This document shows, piece after piece, positions 1 to 17,200 of a DNA stretch of 57,062 bases (position 1 is its first letter; every line of letters begins with the position of its first letter). The notes below the pieces were generated by a model. The model did no database searches, was not told the origin of the DNA, and saw nothing but the letters and a program-made list of their open reading frames with translations. Made by a program: the position numbers and the translations under genes. Source of the DNA: Reclinomonas americana ATCC 50394 (taxonomy: Eukaryota); contig PS015070.1 of NCBI GenBank assembly GCA_048213135.1, positions 131,695-188,756 on the forward strand. Direction: 5' to 3'.

Positions 1-1
1 T

Positions 2-2972
2 CCTCACACGCTGCGCAGCTACTTTGAGGCTCTCTGCACCGACACGCAGGCGGCCAACATTTTTGTCAACAGCTCCCTCATGACACTCTTTGTCAAGATG
101 CTGAACGCGTTCAAGACGCCAAATATCAAGTCTCGCATCTGCACCATCATGGGCCTGCTTGTGCGCCACGCGACCTACATTTCACCGAAACTGAGGTGTG
201 TGTGTGCGCGTGTTTGCCTAACCTGTGCACCGCCACGTTGGAGGCAATTGCTCACCGTTCACTTCGTCATGTAGTTCGTCGGGCATTGTTGCTGCGCTCA
301 CCAACCTGCTGCGCGACCGCAACACACGATTGAGGCGGCGGGCTGTGAGCTCTCTCGGAGAACTGTTGTTCTACGTGGCGACACAGCAGCTGGACGGAAA
401 TCCAGAGGTATGTATGGTGTTTGTCTCGTGCTCATTCGACATGTGATGGCTGATTCGCTTGTCGTTCTCGCGTCGTGCAGGACGATGCATGGGATGTCAC
501 CAATGCCACCATCAACGGCCTCATCGCCTGCCTCAAGTCCTCGGAGGACGAAACCGTGCAACACTATGCGTGCAAGACAATTGAGAATGTGCGTCGCCTT
601 TTGCCAGCTATACACGCACATGGTAGTTCACATCCCTTTGAATCCCGCTTTGCAGATTGGCTCGCTGAGTCCGCATTTCAGTCGCCGCTTTGCCACGCCC
701 GAGACGTGCACCTACATGCTCTCTCTCTTCTACAACACGCCCAATGAGCACCTGCAACTGGCTGCCATCTCCGCCATTGTGCGCTTGTGCCGGCACAGCC
801 GCCAGTTTGCGGATGCGTTGCTGGAGAAGGACGCTCTCCGCATTCTGCGCACCAGCCTCGAGGATCGCAATACGCGCATTCAGCAGTGCGGCCTAAATGT
901 CATGAATTTGGCGCTCACTCGCGGCATGCCCGGTCGCCTGCAGAGCGATCTCCTCGACGACAAGAACATTATCAAATCGTTTCGTGTCGTCGCGTTCACT
1001 GCAGTGGAATATGCGTTTTCATTCACTTACCCGCCTGCGTCTGTGTGCAGGGTGGTTCGATTGTTGGAGTCGTCGACCGCGGTACTGCAAGCCAAGGCCG
1101 TTCTCTGCGTCGCGCTGCTGTCGTGCATCCACACCCCGACGCTGCACATGCTGTGTGAGCTCAAGTTGTGCCTGCTGGCCGACAAGATTCTCAACGTCAC
1201 CGACGGCTACGTGCAAGACTGTTTGGCAGTTGCGGGGTCTCGTGCTGCTGATTGCTGGATAATAGTGCGTGCTGACGCGGTGTATGCGCCCGACAGGTGC
1301 TGGTCGACTGCATGAAGTGCATCGTGCCGCAGATCTTGGCGCAGGTGCACAGCATCCTGGAACGCGTGGTGGCCGATCCGTACGCAGTCGTGTCGTTCAA
1401 GGTGCGTGGTGTAAGTGCGCGTGCTCTGTGTACGTGTGGGGTGCTGAACTTGCGTGTGGTGGATGCAGACACAAAGCGATCACTTCTCCATACTGCTGCA
1501 CGTGGTCCTGTGCCATGCCATGCGCGGAGCGGTGGTGACGAGTGAAGTCGTCGAAACGCTGGCCTCGTTGCGTTCTCCCTTCCCGCTCCTACACGTCATC
1601 TGTCACCCTCGGGGTTTTCACCCATCCATTTCTGCAGTCTGTTGCCATTCATCGAAAACTTGTCGTTCCCTGCGGCCTCTGAGTTCAAGCAGACGCTGCT
1701 GTTTGTCATTGAGGCCATATCGCAGGTGCGATCTCTGTTTCTCTCCTTGTGTGCATATGGCATTCTCACGTCTTTACTTGAATTCCAGAATGCTGTGTTG
1801 CTGGCCAACGCCAAGAGTGCAATTCTTGGACGCTTGTTGCCGTCACTCTCCGACTTGCTGCAAACAGAAAATGGCGACGTGCGGTTCTACTGCCTAAAGA
1901 TCTTTACCGATTCGCTGGTGTTTTACTTGCGCGACGAGCGACATTATGACGTTGCGTGATTTCGTCACACCTCTTTCTGTCTTCTCTTTCTCTCCGTCTC
2001 ATTTCCTTCTCCTCATCAACAGGCCGCACAACCGGACCACCAGTCCACCAAGGAGATCAATGCACTCATCATCCAGCATCTCTTCTCGCGCTACGCCAAG
2101 ATTTTGGAGGACGAAGACCCGATTCCACTGTTTCGTCCCCGTGCCTTGTTGTTGTCTTGTGTGTGATTCGAGGCTCATTTGGTGTGCGCAGCTACGGCCT
2201 GAAACTGATGAGCCACATTGTGGAGTGCAACCCGGCGTTTGTGGCGATTGTGCGCCAGTTGAAACTCGTGCCGCTGCTGTTCCAGTTCTTCGAGTTGCAA
2301 CATCGCAACAACAACATTCACAATGTGCGACTGGTGCGCATGATTGTCGAGAGCTCCGAAGTGGAACCGGAGGAGGTCTACAATCTCGGTGCGTCCATTG
2401 TCAGCTGTTGCTCTTGTGCATGCTGCTCACTGTACTATGCAGGCCTGGTCGCGAAACTGAATGCCGTGCTTGCATACGCTTACGAGAATCTGGTGGACTC
2501 GTTCTACGAGCCGTGCCTCGACATTGTCAGCACGGCGCTCTTCAAGGCCTCCGAGTCGCTGAAATCGAGTCCACGCAAGGTAGTTGGTCGACAATCATTC
2601 TTTCCCCTGGTGTTGCTGTTGCTGCAGCCCTCCTCACACGACTGCAGGATGACATTTTGGCGCGCAATGCCGGCTTCACCGAGGGACTGGAGGTGTATGT
2701 GTCGCTGCTGGATCACCTCGACGCGGCAGTCACGGAGAAGAGCGCCTCCACCCTGCAACTGTGCGCGCAAATGTACGACGGCGTGTGCGACACTCTGACC
2801 ACTATGCGCCTGCGTGGCGACGGCCCGGCGACGTCGCTGGAGATGCTGACCAAGGTGTTGACGGGCACGGAGCCGACCACATCGCAGACAACACAACGGG
2901 TTGGTTCTTCTTGTTTTTTTGTGTGCTCGTTGGTGGACTGTTCTTGCTCATTCCAGCGTAGCGAGTGCTCAA
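2..2972 (+). CDS. ULK4: ULK4/RUNKEL-like pseudokinase, C-terminal armadillo/HEAT region (5' part lies outside the window; about 13 introns)
   Basis: Spliced exons give AANIFVNSSLM, GLLVRHATYI, RRRAVSSLGELLFYVATQ, EDETVQHYACKTIEN, GDVRFYCLKIFTD and LEDEDPIPLYGLKL, motifs I recall from ULK4/RUNKEL C-termini. All introns are GT-AG, about 60-80 nt. Confidence 0.85.
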
Positions 2973-3027
2973 NNNNNNNNNNNNNNNNNNNNNNNNNNNN
3001 NNNNNNNNNNNNNCCCCCTCGCTGCAG

Positions 3028-3158
3028 CCGAGGAACTCGGCCTGCAACCCGTCAACCAGGCGGATGTGGACTCGGCATTGACGGCCACGAAACCATCAGC
3101 GAGGATGTTTGCGCAAAAGTACAACGAGTGGGCCGACGAATTCGGCTCAGTCATGTAA
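3028..3158 (+). CDS. KATNAL2: Terminal exon of KATNAL2 (Vps4_C-type helix), on an inverted contig
   Basis: Acceptor gctgcag at 3021-3027, then EELGLQPVNQADVDSALTATKPSARMFAQKYNEWADEFGSVM*, typical of katanin p60 C-termini. Phase matches the donor at 3753(-). Confidence 0.85.
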
Positions 3159-3263
3159 AAAAAAAAAACGCTGCTCGCACTCAACTATCGGGAGGTTATT
3201 TGTTCACTGTTGCACACACTCACACATACTCGCTACTTGTCGCCCATCGCCGTCAATCGTCCC

Positions 3264-3411
3264 TTACTTGACGGTGAGGAGGGCGTCGGCAAGCTGCGCC
3301 AGATCGCGGCTGCGTGACTTGGAGAGGTCGCGCACCGCAGTCCACAATGGAACGCATGCCTTGACGCGCGCCGATCGTGTTGGTTTCGACGACATGACTC
3401 TCCACAGCACC
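3264..3411 (-). CDS. ULK4: End of the ULK4-like gene, on an inverted contig
   Basis: 2962-2972 (CGA GTG CTC AA) joined to the reverse complement from 3411 (G GTG CTG TGG) reads RVLKVLWRVMSSK...LAQLADALLTVK* in frame. Confidence 0.75.
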
Positions 3412-3432
3412 NNNNNNNNNNNNNNNNNNNNG

Positions 3433-6854
<3,422 letters not shown>

Positions 6855-7492
6855 GATTGAAAGTGATTGGTGGGACAAGACGCGACGTTCTTCTCGGTGA
6901 GACAAGCTCCAAGAGCAAGTCTCTGAACTCTCTGGAATCGCGCTCAACGTTTCACAAGTGTAGTACGTTCTTAATGACTCGCTTCGCGTCACGCATGAAT
7001 GCAGAGCGTCCTGCTTGCCGAGGTGCACCTGTGACGTGGCCTTGACCAACTGTATTCTGTTGTATTCGTTCAAGGATGGGCCATCTGTCACATCCTCCCA
7101 TCTCTCGTAAACCCTGCGTTGACTCTTGATCCGAACCGTCACCTGTGCGCAAAGGTAGAGGGCCAATCTATCGCTTCGTTTGCCTTGTGCTGACCCGTGA
7201 CCCTTCTCCTTGAGCCTCACCTGTTCACAGACTTGACCCTTGGTATGAAAGTCTGCATGACAGTCTGCCCACCTGGTCCATAACTGCATGTTGTGTGACA
7301 CCTGTTGGTGATCATATTGGCCGTACCATCGAGCCAATCACGATCGCAGCAGGTGATCTCCCGCAACTCCTCTCCTCACACAGACTGACCATTCACGTTT
7401 CCACGACGAGTTTCCTCTGTGCGTGCTTCACTCAAACGAATACAAGAGTCTCCATAAGACGACAAACAACAACAACTTGGGCTGTGGGCTTC

Positions 7493-9089
7493 TCAAGGCT
7501 CAATCTTGGCGTACACGGCGGCAATCCTGCAATATTCAGGCAATGAGCAACGGCAATCACGCGAACGGGAGAAGCACGAACACAAGACGCACTGCTCGGC
7601 GTAGCGGCGAGCCAGAATGGCGCGCTTGATCTTCATTCTGTAACACCAACAACAACGTGAGAACCGAAGCCACGGACCGGAGCAAGCACAGCAAACTACG
7701 CAACGTTGGGGTCAGCGCGTCGTTCTCCACCGTCCACGCTTCGCCGTCGATAATGACGGCGGCCGGGATCTCGAAGCTGTGCAGCTGCTCCACCAAACAG
7801 AGATGATGAGAACGGCGACTCATTTGACCTCAGAAAGATCAACCACCACCCACCTTCTCGCCCTGTGCCACCTCGCGTATTTGAGCCATAATGTCGCCGG
7901 CAAGGCGCTCAGAGTGCTCCGGCAGCGCGACCGTTTGCACCATGTTCTACGAATAAAGAGTGAGAAGACGGGATATGAGTTGTCGATTCTCTCGCCAGTC
8001 AAGTACCTTGCCAGGCACAGGCTCAATGTTGTGGGCCTTTGCCCATGCACCAATGTTGTCCTCGCTCGGCACCACAATGGCCATGATCTTGCTCTTGTGG
8101 CCGTCGCCGTGGATCATGATCTGACCAATCAGAGGGCAGCCACCGCTGAACACACCCTCCAGCTTCTCCGGTCTGCGCGCCACGAAAAAAGAGAGTGAGT
8201 TGGGTGTGCTGAGAAGACGACTGGCTGCAACGTGATTTGCACGCAACGCAATGTACTCGCCCAGCGAGTTCTTCATGATGGACTTGGCGCGATCCACAAT
8301 GGCAAACGTGCCGTTGGGGAACACGCGTGCAATGTCGCCGGTGCGGAACCAGCTGTGGATTGGAGAAATGTTAGGGGAAGTCTGTCACACAAGGTGCGTT
8401 TATGAATGACACACACCCGTCGGCGAGGAACACCTCGGCGGTCTTCTCCGGCTCCTTGTAGTAGCCCTTGGACACGTTCGGGCCGCGGATGCACAACTCG
8501 CCGTACTGAGGATATGGGGGAAGCAGAGGTCAATGAGAGAGTCAATTCGCCACGCACCAACGACGGAGACAATGACACACAGTAGAGCAACACTACGAAG
8601 AGGAACAAAGATGGCCGGCATGCTCAAGCACGGGAAACGAGAAAGCAAAGTGAACATACCTCGGGCAGGCGGTACGGTCCAAAGTCCGACGCGTCAAGGA
8701 ACTTGATTTCTGTGGTCAACCATCATGTCAGTTTTCAAGTCACAGAGAATGCGATATGAGACGAGGCAGATCACCGCACCGCAGCACGGGATGGGACCAC
8801 CGAGAATGCCGGACGACAGATCGGTAGCGAGCTGGACTGTGGCACCGGCGCACTGCGAGGAGATCGATGAGTAACAACATGAGAATCCTTGACTGCCACG
8901 CAATAATCTCACCGTCTCTGTCAGACCGTAGCTGTATCGGAGCACACAAGGACATGTGAGTCAACTGAAAGAAGGACAGAGGAGTTCACAAAGAGACACA
9001 CACAGACGCACAAGCACCGCAAGAAAGCACGCACAATTAGACACGCATCAGCACGCACACCTTTACACACACACACGAGAGGCAACAAA

Positions 9090-9120
<31 letters not shown>

Positions 9121-11330
9121 TTCACGGGTGCAAGGATGAAGCCCTCACGCGTGCACCCCAACACGCAACAAAGTGCACAACACACACTCACACGTGAAGC
9201 AACAATACACAAACATAGACACGCAGCAAAACTCACGAAAATACACACAGACGAGAGGCAACGATGTGAGCACAATTTAAGTTGCACAACACCCCGTGAT
9301 ACAGGGCGACATATTATCCTTCTTTCGCACGCGCAGATACACACAACGCACAAGCAGCACAACAACCCAGAGACCCAGGCTGTTGTATCATCCCACTACA
9401 CAGGTAGCACCGTATCCTCGACACACATCATCCTTCCCTCCCTCCCTCCTCTCTCTCTCTCTCCCTCCCTCCCCCCTCACCCTTGCACGACCGGGCAGCA
9501 GAACACACTGCGACACAACACGGACAGTGAGCGACACCAACAACCAAACAAAACATCTTTCGACAGCTGCACCACCACCACGCAACACACGCAGGAAGTC
9601 CTGAATGTCGGGTCGCAGCGGTCCGCCACCGCTGATAATGGTGTGCACCTCGCCGCCGAGACGGCTCTTTGTCTTGGAAAAGACGAGCTTGTCGTAGATG
9701 GGAGTGGAATCGACGACTCCTGTGCACGGACATACTCAAATTCAGAGTCACTATATAAAAAAAAAACAATAGTCACCGATCACACATGCATCGACTCACC
9801 CTCCTTCAACAGTCGGAGCTTCTTGTCGAAACCCATGGTGAAGAGCTTGCGGCGGAGGAAGCTGGAGCCGTGCACCACGCTCCAGATCTTCTCGTGCAGG
9901 CGCTCAAAGATGCGCGGCACACCGATAAAGATGGTCGGCTTCAGCTCCTCAATGTCACTGATCAGGTTGCGCACGTCGCCGGAGAAGTAGCCGACGGCAC
10001 CGCCCATGGCCAGGATGCCGGCCTCGGCCACACGCTCAAAGATGTGCGCCAGCGGCAGGAACGACAGCAGGCGCTCACCGGGTGTGAAAGTGCGCAGGTT
10101 CATCTGGATGCCCGACACGGTGGCCATCATGTTGAGGTGGGTGATTTCCACGCCCTTGGGAGTGCCAGTGGTGCCACTGCACGATAATGATAATGATGAG
10201 TGGGGGAGAAGGGAGAGAGAGAGACTTGTGGAAGAGGTAAAGGGACGAGCACCCAGAGAAACGAGAGCGCCAACAGAAAAGGGGAACCGATCACATGAAC
10301 GAGTGCGAACAAGAAGAGCGACCAAGCGAAGACGAGGGTATGCAAGGGCACGGGTGCAGGGCGATTAAGCAGAAGAGTGAAGGAGAGACAATAAGAGATG
10401 GCAGTTGAAGTAGAGGGTTGGAGAAGAAGGAGAGAGAAAGAGGGAAAGAGCGCAGAGAAGTGCGAACTCGCTCTGACAAACACACACACTCTCAAGACAG
10501 ACAAGGCATCTCACCTCGTGTACATGATAATGGCGGTGTCGGCGGGCTCCGGCGGCTCCTCAGCGCACGGCTCCTCGGTGCCCAGTTGCAGGACCTGGGC
10601 GGGGAGAAAAAGTTAGCAGGGGACGCAGTAATGGATGGAGATTTCAACTTCTATCTCACACAAACCTCATCGTACGAGTGCACATGCTTGCCGTGCTCCT
10701 CGCACTTGGCGCGCACTTCGGGAGTGATGGCGGCCGCGTCGAACACAATGACGGTGCGGAGGGCAGCGCATTGCGGCAGAATCTCCAGCAGCTTGGGCAG
10801 GCACTGGCCCGAGACGACCACAAACGACGACTCGGAGTGGTTCACAATGTACTCGACGGCGTTCGGGCCGAGGGTGTCGTACAGGGCGACGGTGATGGCG
10901 CCGTGGCGGTAGCAAGCGTGCTCGCACACCTGCCACTCGAGGCGGTTCTTGGAGTAGAAGCCCACCTGAAAGAGGCAAGGGGAGGGTGAACAGGGGAAGG
11001 GGAAGACGGAAAGGGAGGGTTAGGGAGAGGGAGAGGGAAAGAAGGGGAGAAAATGGAAAGGGAGGGTGAGGGACGGGCTGAGATAAATACGAGAAAGAAA
11101 CGAAATACTGATCTATTCAAAGAGAGGGCGAAGAGAAGCGCTGCAGGTGATGAATGTGAAGAGAAGGACATGAACTGAAAGATGGAATTCGACTGGCGAT
11201 ATGATCAAAGACCAACCAAGACACATGATGGAGAGAGAGAGAGAGACAGAGAGAGAGAGAGAGGAGGACACACACAGAGAGAGGACACAGAGAGAGAGAG
11301 AGACAGAAGAGAGAGAGAGGACAGAGAGAG

Positions 11331-11364
<34 letters not shown>

Positions 11365-13043
11365 NNNNNNNNNNNNNNNNNNNNNNNNNNNNNNNNNNNN
11401 NNNNNNNNNNNNNNNNNNNNNNNNNNNNNNNNNNNNNNNNNNNNNNNNNNNNNNNNNNNNNNNNNNNNNNNNNNNNNNNNNNNNNNNNNNNNNNNNNNNN
11501 NNNNNNNNNNNNNNNNNNNNNNNNNNNNNNNNNNNNNNNNNNNNNNNNNNNNNNNNNNNNNNNNNNNNNNNNNNNNNNNNNNNNNNNNNNNNNNNNNNNN
11601 NNNNNNNNNNNNNNNNNNNNNNNNNNNNNNNNNNNNNNNNNNNNNNNNNNNNNNNNNNNNNNNNNNNNNNNNNNNNNNNNNNNNNNNNNNNNNNNNNNNN
11701 NNNNNNNNNNNNNNNNNNNNNNNNNNNNNNNNNNNNNNNNNNNNNNNNNNNNNNNNNNNNNNNNNNNNNNNNNNNNNNNNNNNNNNNNNNNNNNNNNNNN
11801 NNNNNNNNNNNNNNNNNNNNNNNNNNNNNNNNNNNNNNNNNNNNNNNNNNNNNNNNNNNNNNNNNNNNNNNNNNNNNNNNNNNNNNNNNNNNNNNNNNNG
11901 ACAGAGAGAGAGAACGACGCAGAGTCGGTCACAAGTTAACTGAAGGCTAGAGCAATAAGGTGATGGGATGGAGAAATTTCGTAGTGTGCAGACGAATGAG
12001 AAAACAAGCTTGTCGAGCAATGAGAATGACGGTGGGCGAGATGAGAACAAACAGAAGGAACAGTTACGCAGTGCTTTCACTTCATGAGCGAGCATGAACT
12101 GAGAACATGTCGGAACCACAGCAACTGTTCGCCACCTCACCTTTTCACCGCGACGCAGTCCGAGTGCCTTGAATCCGCTGCCAAACTTGCCGACCTTGTC
12201 CAGCACCTCGGCAAATGTCATCCACACAAACGGTCCCTCGCCGTTGACGCGCAGGCCAACCGCATTGCCGTCGGGATTGGTCGCGTGGCCGCACCTGTTT
12301 GCAGGGGAAGCGTGAGGGAGAGGGGGAGAGGGAGAGGGAGGGAGAGGGGGAGAGGGAGAAGGAGAGGGTGAGGGAGAGGGAGAGAGGAGACGAGAAGTGA
12401 ACACAAGCAATACCACAAAAAGATGGCGCAGGTCAGAAAAGGTGAGAGGGAAACAGAAAGAGACTTGTGTACGCGCGCGTGTGCGTGACAGGGCGGGCAA
12501 GAGAATGGGCACTGGCGGATACACAGAAGAGAGTCACAGGGTGGGAGAGGACGAAAAAAGAAATGGAGACTGTAAAGCGAGGAGACGAGAAGTGAGAAGG
12601 ACAATGAAGCAAGCACTGCCAGAAACGAACAGAGGGCGCGGATCACGAGAGAGGGGGAGAGGGAGGAGAGGGAGAGGGAGAGGAAGCAAAGCAACGACGC
12701 AAAGAATGCCAGGAGTGAGTGACAAAGAATTGTCAGTCACAGAATCGCAAAAGACAACAGATACGAGTGCCAGCTGGCACAAAACACATACATCTCGTCT
12801 CTGACAATGAAATAAAAGGCACGAATGCGTACATGTGTCGAACAACACAAAAGACTTGTCAGCAATCTTTCTCCGATAACTCTCTCACAAGACTCTCTGT
12901 GCACAAGTGAGAGAGTGTGCGTGGACTGTGGACTGGTGTGTGTGTGTGTGAAGTAGAGAGAGAGAGAGAGAGAGAGAAGTGGGGACTGCAGCACCTTAAC
13001 ACAAGACTCTCTAGAAAAAGTGAGAGTGCGTGGACTGTGGACT

Positions 13044-13081
<38 letters not shown>

Positions 13082-13349
13082 NNNNNNNNNNNNNNNNNNN
13101 NAAAGAGAGACACAAAGAGAAGAGTGTGTAAGTCTCCCTTTGTTGAGAGTGGTCGCCAATGTCTGACGTGCGTGGACATGACAACTGCACACTGCATCAC
13201 TTGCTTTCTTGTCTTGTCTTGTCTTCCTCTCTTATCTCTATGTGTGTGTGTGTGTGTTGCTCACCATCGCCAATGTTGCGGCCTTGCTGATCGACCTCCG
13301 CAAAGTGCGCGTACTCGGGGATGACTTGTGACGATTCTCCTGCTCCCAT
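7493..13349 (-). CDS. Long-chain fatty acyl-CoA synthetase (ACSL/LACS family), about 17 introns, spans gaps
   Basis: Motifs [73 protein letters not shown] and LTPTMKIKR. Predicted start MGAGESS at 13349 and stop at 7493-7495. Confidence 0.93.
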
Positions 13350-14213
13350 TTGTGTTTGTTTGTTTGTAGCTTGTTCTGATCTTCTTTAGTGTCTGTCTGT
13401 CTCTCTGCGCGCGCTGAGAGTGTGCAAAGTTGTAAAGACAATGCATTGATCCGAACAGGACAGCTGCGGGCAATTGTCCGCTCACGGTTTCTCGTGACCG
13501 CTGGAGCCTGTATCGCACAAGAAAGAAAAGAGACGATGCTGTGGGATTCAGAGCTGGTATGGCCTGTCGTTGAGCTGCGCTTCGACAGGAATTTCGATTT
13601 GCGACGTCGTGGCAGCTGCGTGACGCAACTGGCGTCCGTGCGCAGTTCTGCGGACCCAAGGGTGCACAAGCAGCTGTGAAAGCAGCTGGTGGTTGTGCTG
13701 GCTTGGTGCAATGGTGGATCCCTGCGCATGCGTTTTTCTCACGTGTTCGCGATCGGATTTTAGTTGCAGCTGCAGGCTCAGCAACGCGCGCCCTCACAAT
13801 CCAGGAGGAGGATGGAGACGCAAGGCCTACTCCGCGCTCGTAACTGAGGAAGCAATTGGCCAGGGCACATGTGCAGCAGCGTTCGAGTGCGTACAATATC
13901 GAACTTCGCAGTCGTCGAACCATGTGCCCTCCTCCCTGTCGTCGATGCAACAGCAGCACACAACAGTGCAAACCGAGCTGTGCATTTGCAAGCGCTTCGT
14001 ATAACAGAGCAGCACATCGACGTACGCGTCATCTCGACGTTCATTCTCTCCTCTTGCATTCTTCTCGCACCTCCGCAGCACCCTGCAGCAACCACTCTAC
14101 TCTATACTCCTCCACTATTCCGACAAGGAACGAGAAGAGAAGACGCGAGAGCGACGACGTCTGCAGTCAAACTCTTTTGTCAGTCAGTGTGTTTTTCCGC
14201 GCGCGCGCACACA

Positions 14214-17200
14214 ATGGAGGGCTCTGTCACTGTTCTCGCCGACAATGGTCCTCTCATGCGATATGCGACACCAGAGGAGGCGACGATTGTGGAGTGGTGG
14301 GGTGAGTGACTCACTTGAGAGAGAGAAAGGGAGGTGTGTGTGTGTGTGAGAGAGAGAGAGTACTGAGTGAGGGAGCGCTGTGTGCAGTCAGTGTGAGAGT
14401 GAGGAGTATGTGTGTGCGTAGGGAATGAGAGAGAGAAAGTAAAGAAGAAGAGAGAGAGGAATAGAGAGTGAATGAGTCAGTCAATCACTTTCTTTCTCTC
14501 TCTGCCTCCCTCCCTCTCCCTCTCTACCTCGTGCACTTGTTCTCTCATTGACTCAGTCCCTCATTGCAGAGTTGCAATCAAACACTCTTACACTGTCTTG
14601 TACACAGACACACTCCCTCACTCATTCTCCTTCTCTCACTCTCCAGTCATTCACTCTCTATCAGAGACACACTCCCTTACTCATTCTCCGTCTCCCCCTC
14701 TCCCTCTCCAGTCATTCATTCACTCAGTCCCTCGTTGCACGAGAGTTGCACTCAGTCACACTCTGTCTTGCACACTCTCTTCCTCTCTCTCTCTCTCTCT
14801 CACACACACAAACTCCCTCACTCATTCTCCTTCTCGCCCTCTCCCTCTCCAGTCATTCACTCACTCAGTCCCTCGTTGCACGACAGTTGCACTCATTCAC
14901 ACTCTGTCTTACACGCACCCTTCCTCTCTCTCACAGACACACTCCCTCACTCATTCTCCTTCACCCTCTCCCCTAGTGCTCCGCGGATTCAAGGTGTTCT
15001 GCTACCCTGCACGAACGGTGAGCATGCACCCTTCTCTCTCTCTGTTCTCCCTCCCTTCACTCACACTCACTCCCTTGCTGATACCAAGGCCCCCGTGTAC
15101 ACCGGTGTCATCTCTCTCCTCGAGTGCACCTCTGTGTGCCGCTCCTTCCCGCCCGACTTTATCATTTCGCGACCGGAGGAGAAGGGCGGGACGGTGGTGG
15201 TGCGTGCGGCCTCGGACGATGAGCGAGAGATGTGGGTGGCCACACTGGAGAGTCTGCTGGCGGCGTCGCTGGAGCTGCGTGAGCGGAAGCAGCGAGAGGA
15301 GGAGTTGGAGCGCAAGGTGGCCAGGCATCAGGCGAAGATTGCGGAGGAGTTGCACAAGCAGCAGGTAGGGAAGGGAATGGAGGAAAGGGAGGGGAGAGAG
15401 ATGTGCTCTCTCGCCACTCCTTGCCGCTCATGTTGCTCCTCTCCTCGTCCTCGCATCGCATGATCCTTCATCTTGCCGTGACAAGCGGGGAACACTCTTA
15501 TGTTCCCTTCTTAGCCATTGCGCTTCATCCTCGCATCGCATCATTCTTTCACGCATTCGTTGCTCTGTTCTCGTGCTTCGCTCTTGGCCATCACACAGAG
15601 TTTTTCCGTGCACTGTGTGGTGGGAATTCTACTCATCTGTCACCACATGATCCATTCAACAGCTTGTTACTACTCTGTCGAGTGGCAAACTCGCTTCCGT
15701 CCTCTAATGCTCTTCTCGTGCGTTCTGTCATCCACTCTCCTTCCAGCGTCAATGTGGCTTGCTGCTTGGTGTTCATTGCCTTCGCCTCCGTGCGCCACCC
15801 TGGTCTTTTCTTCTGCGAGTTGTGCTGTCGAGCAAGAAGTGTGCCTCTGTGCTGTTGTCGTCAGTTGTTCTTGTCTTCTTGCTCCACATTTGCTCCCTTC
15901 TACGAGTTTTTCTGTGCCACCCTTACTCCTTTCTCCCTCTCCTTCCCCCTCTCCTCATCCCCCTCCTTCTCCCCTTTCTCCTCATCCCCTCCTTCTCCCT
16001 CGCCTCCCCCTTTCCCCCGCAGACCGCCCTTGCCGAAAAGCGCCTCTCCGCCGCCTTTGACGTGGCCATTCGCGGCGAGTACATCTGGAAGGCCTGCGAC
16101 CGGAAACCAAAGGAGGTCCGACGATACCTCCGTCTCTCGTCTGACAGAACTAAGCTGCAAGTTGCGCTCTCTGCTCTCCTCTTCCCTCCCCCATTGCCAC
16201 TCACCAGTCGAGGCGCGATACAGTGGGGACCATCGCCGAGCAGCATGACATCGCAACTGCTGCTGTCCGAGTGCAAGGCGCTCTTTCGCGGTGTGCAGAC
16301 TGAGAACATGCGCAACGTGTGCACGCACATTGACGACGACGGCACAAATTGCTTCTCGGTGCTGACGCCCAAGCGAACACTGGACATTGCTTGCGAGTGC
16401 GTGGGAGATGGAAGGGGCATTCCTCCTTGTTTCGCACGTGCTTCTNNNNNNNNNNNNNNNNNNNNNNNNNNNNNNNNNNNNNNNNNNNNNNNNNNNNNNN
16501 NNNNNNNNNNNNNNNNNNNNNNNNNNNNNNNNNNNNNNNNNNNNNNNNNNNNNNNNNNNNNNNNNNNNNNNNNNNNNNNNNNNNNNNNNNNNNNNNNNNN
16601 NNNNNNNNNNNNNNNNNNNNNNNNNNNNNNNNNNNNNNNNNNNNNNNNNNNNNNNNNNNNNNNNNNNNNNNNNNNNNNNNNNNNNNNNNNNNCACCATCT
16701 CCGCGATTAGGTCGGAGGACTCGCGCGAGCAGTGGATCACGGCCATGCGCGCCGCTGTGTTGGGCGAGTCGCAGTTCTTTGCGAATCAAATGTTCCGCGT
16801 GTTGATGACGGGGCTGGATGGGGCCGGCAAGACGGCGCTGATCCGCTCGTGGTTGCACCAGGACCTGACGAACTTGGAACCCACGCATCGTTGCGTCGCT
16901 GATTATCTGTCACTCGTGTGCCCTTCGTTTTTGATGACATTGGTGCTGTGCAGGCGGTCACATGGTGACCTACGAGGCCGACGCCAACATGATTCTTGCC
17001 TTTTGGGACTGCCCCGGTGGCGAGGAGCAGCGCTGGAAGTGGATGGCTCACGACGAGAACTCTCTGAGCTGCATTGTGTTTGTCGTCGGTACGTGGGCGC
17101 ATGCGTGCAGAGGCGTCGACTCTTGGTGCACTCCCTCTCGCTCTCCCCCTGTCGCTCTCCCCCTGTCGCTCTCCCCCTCTCGCTCTCCCCTCACTCGCTC

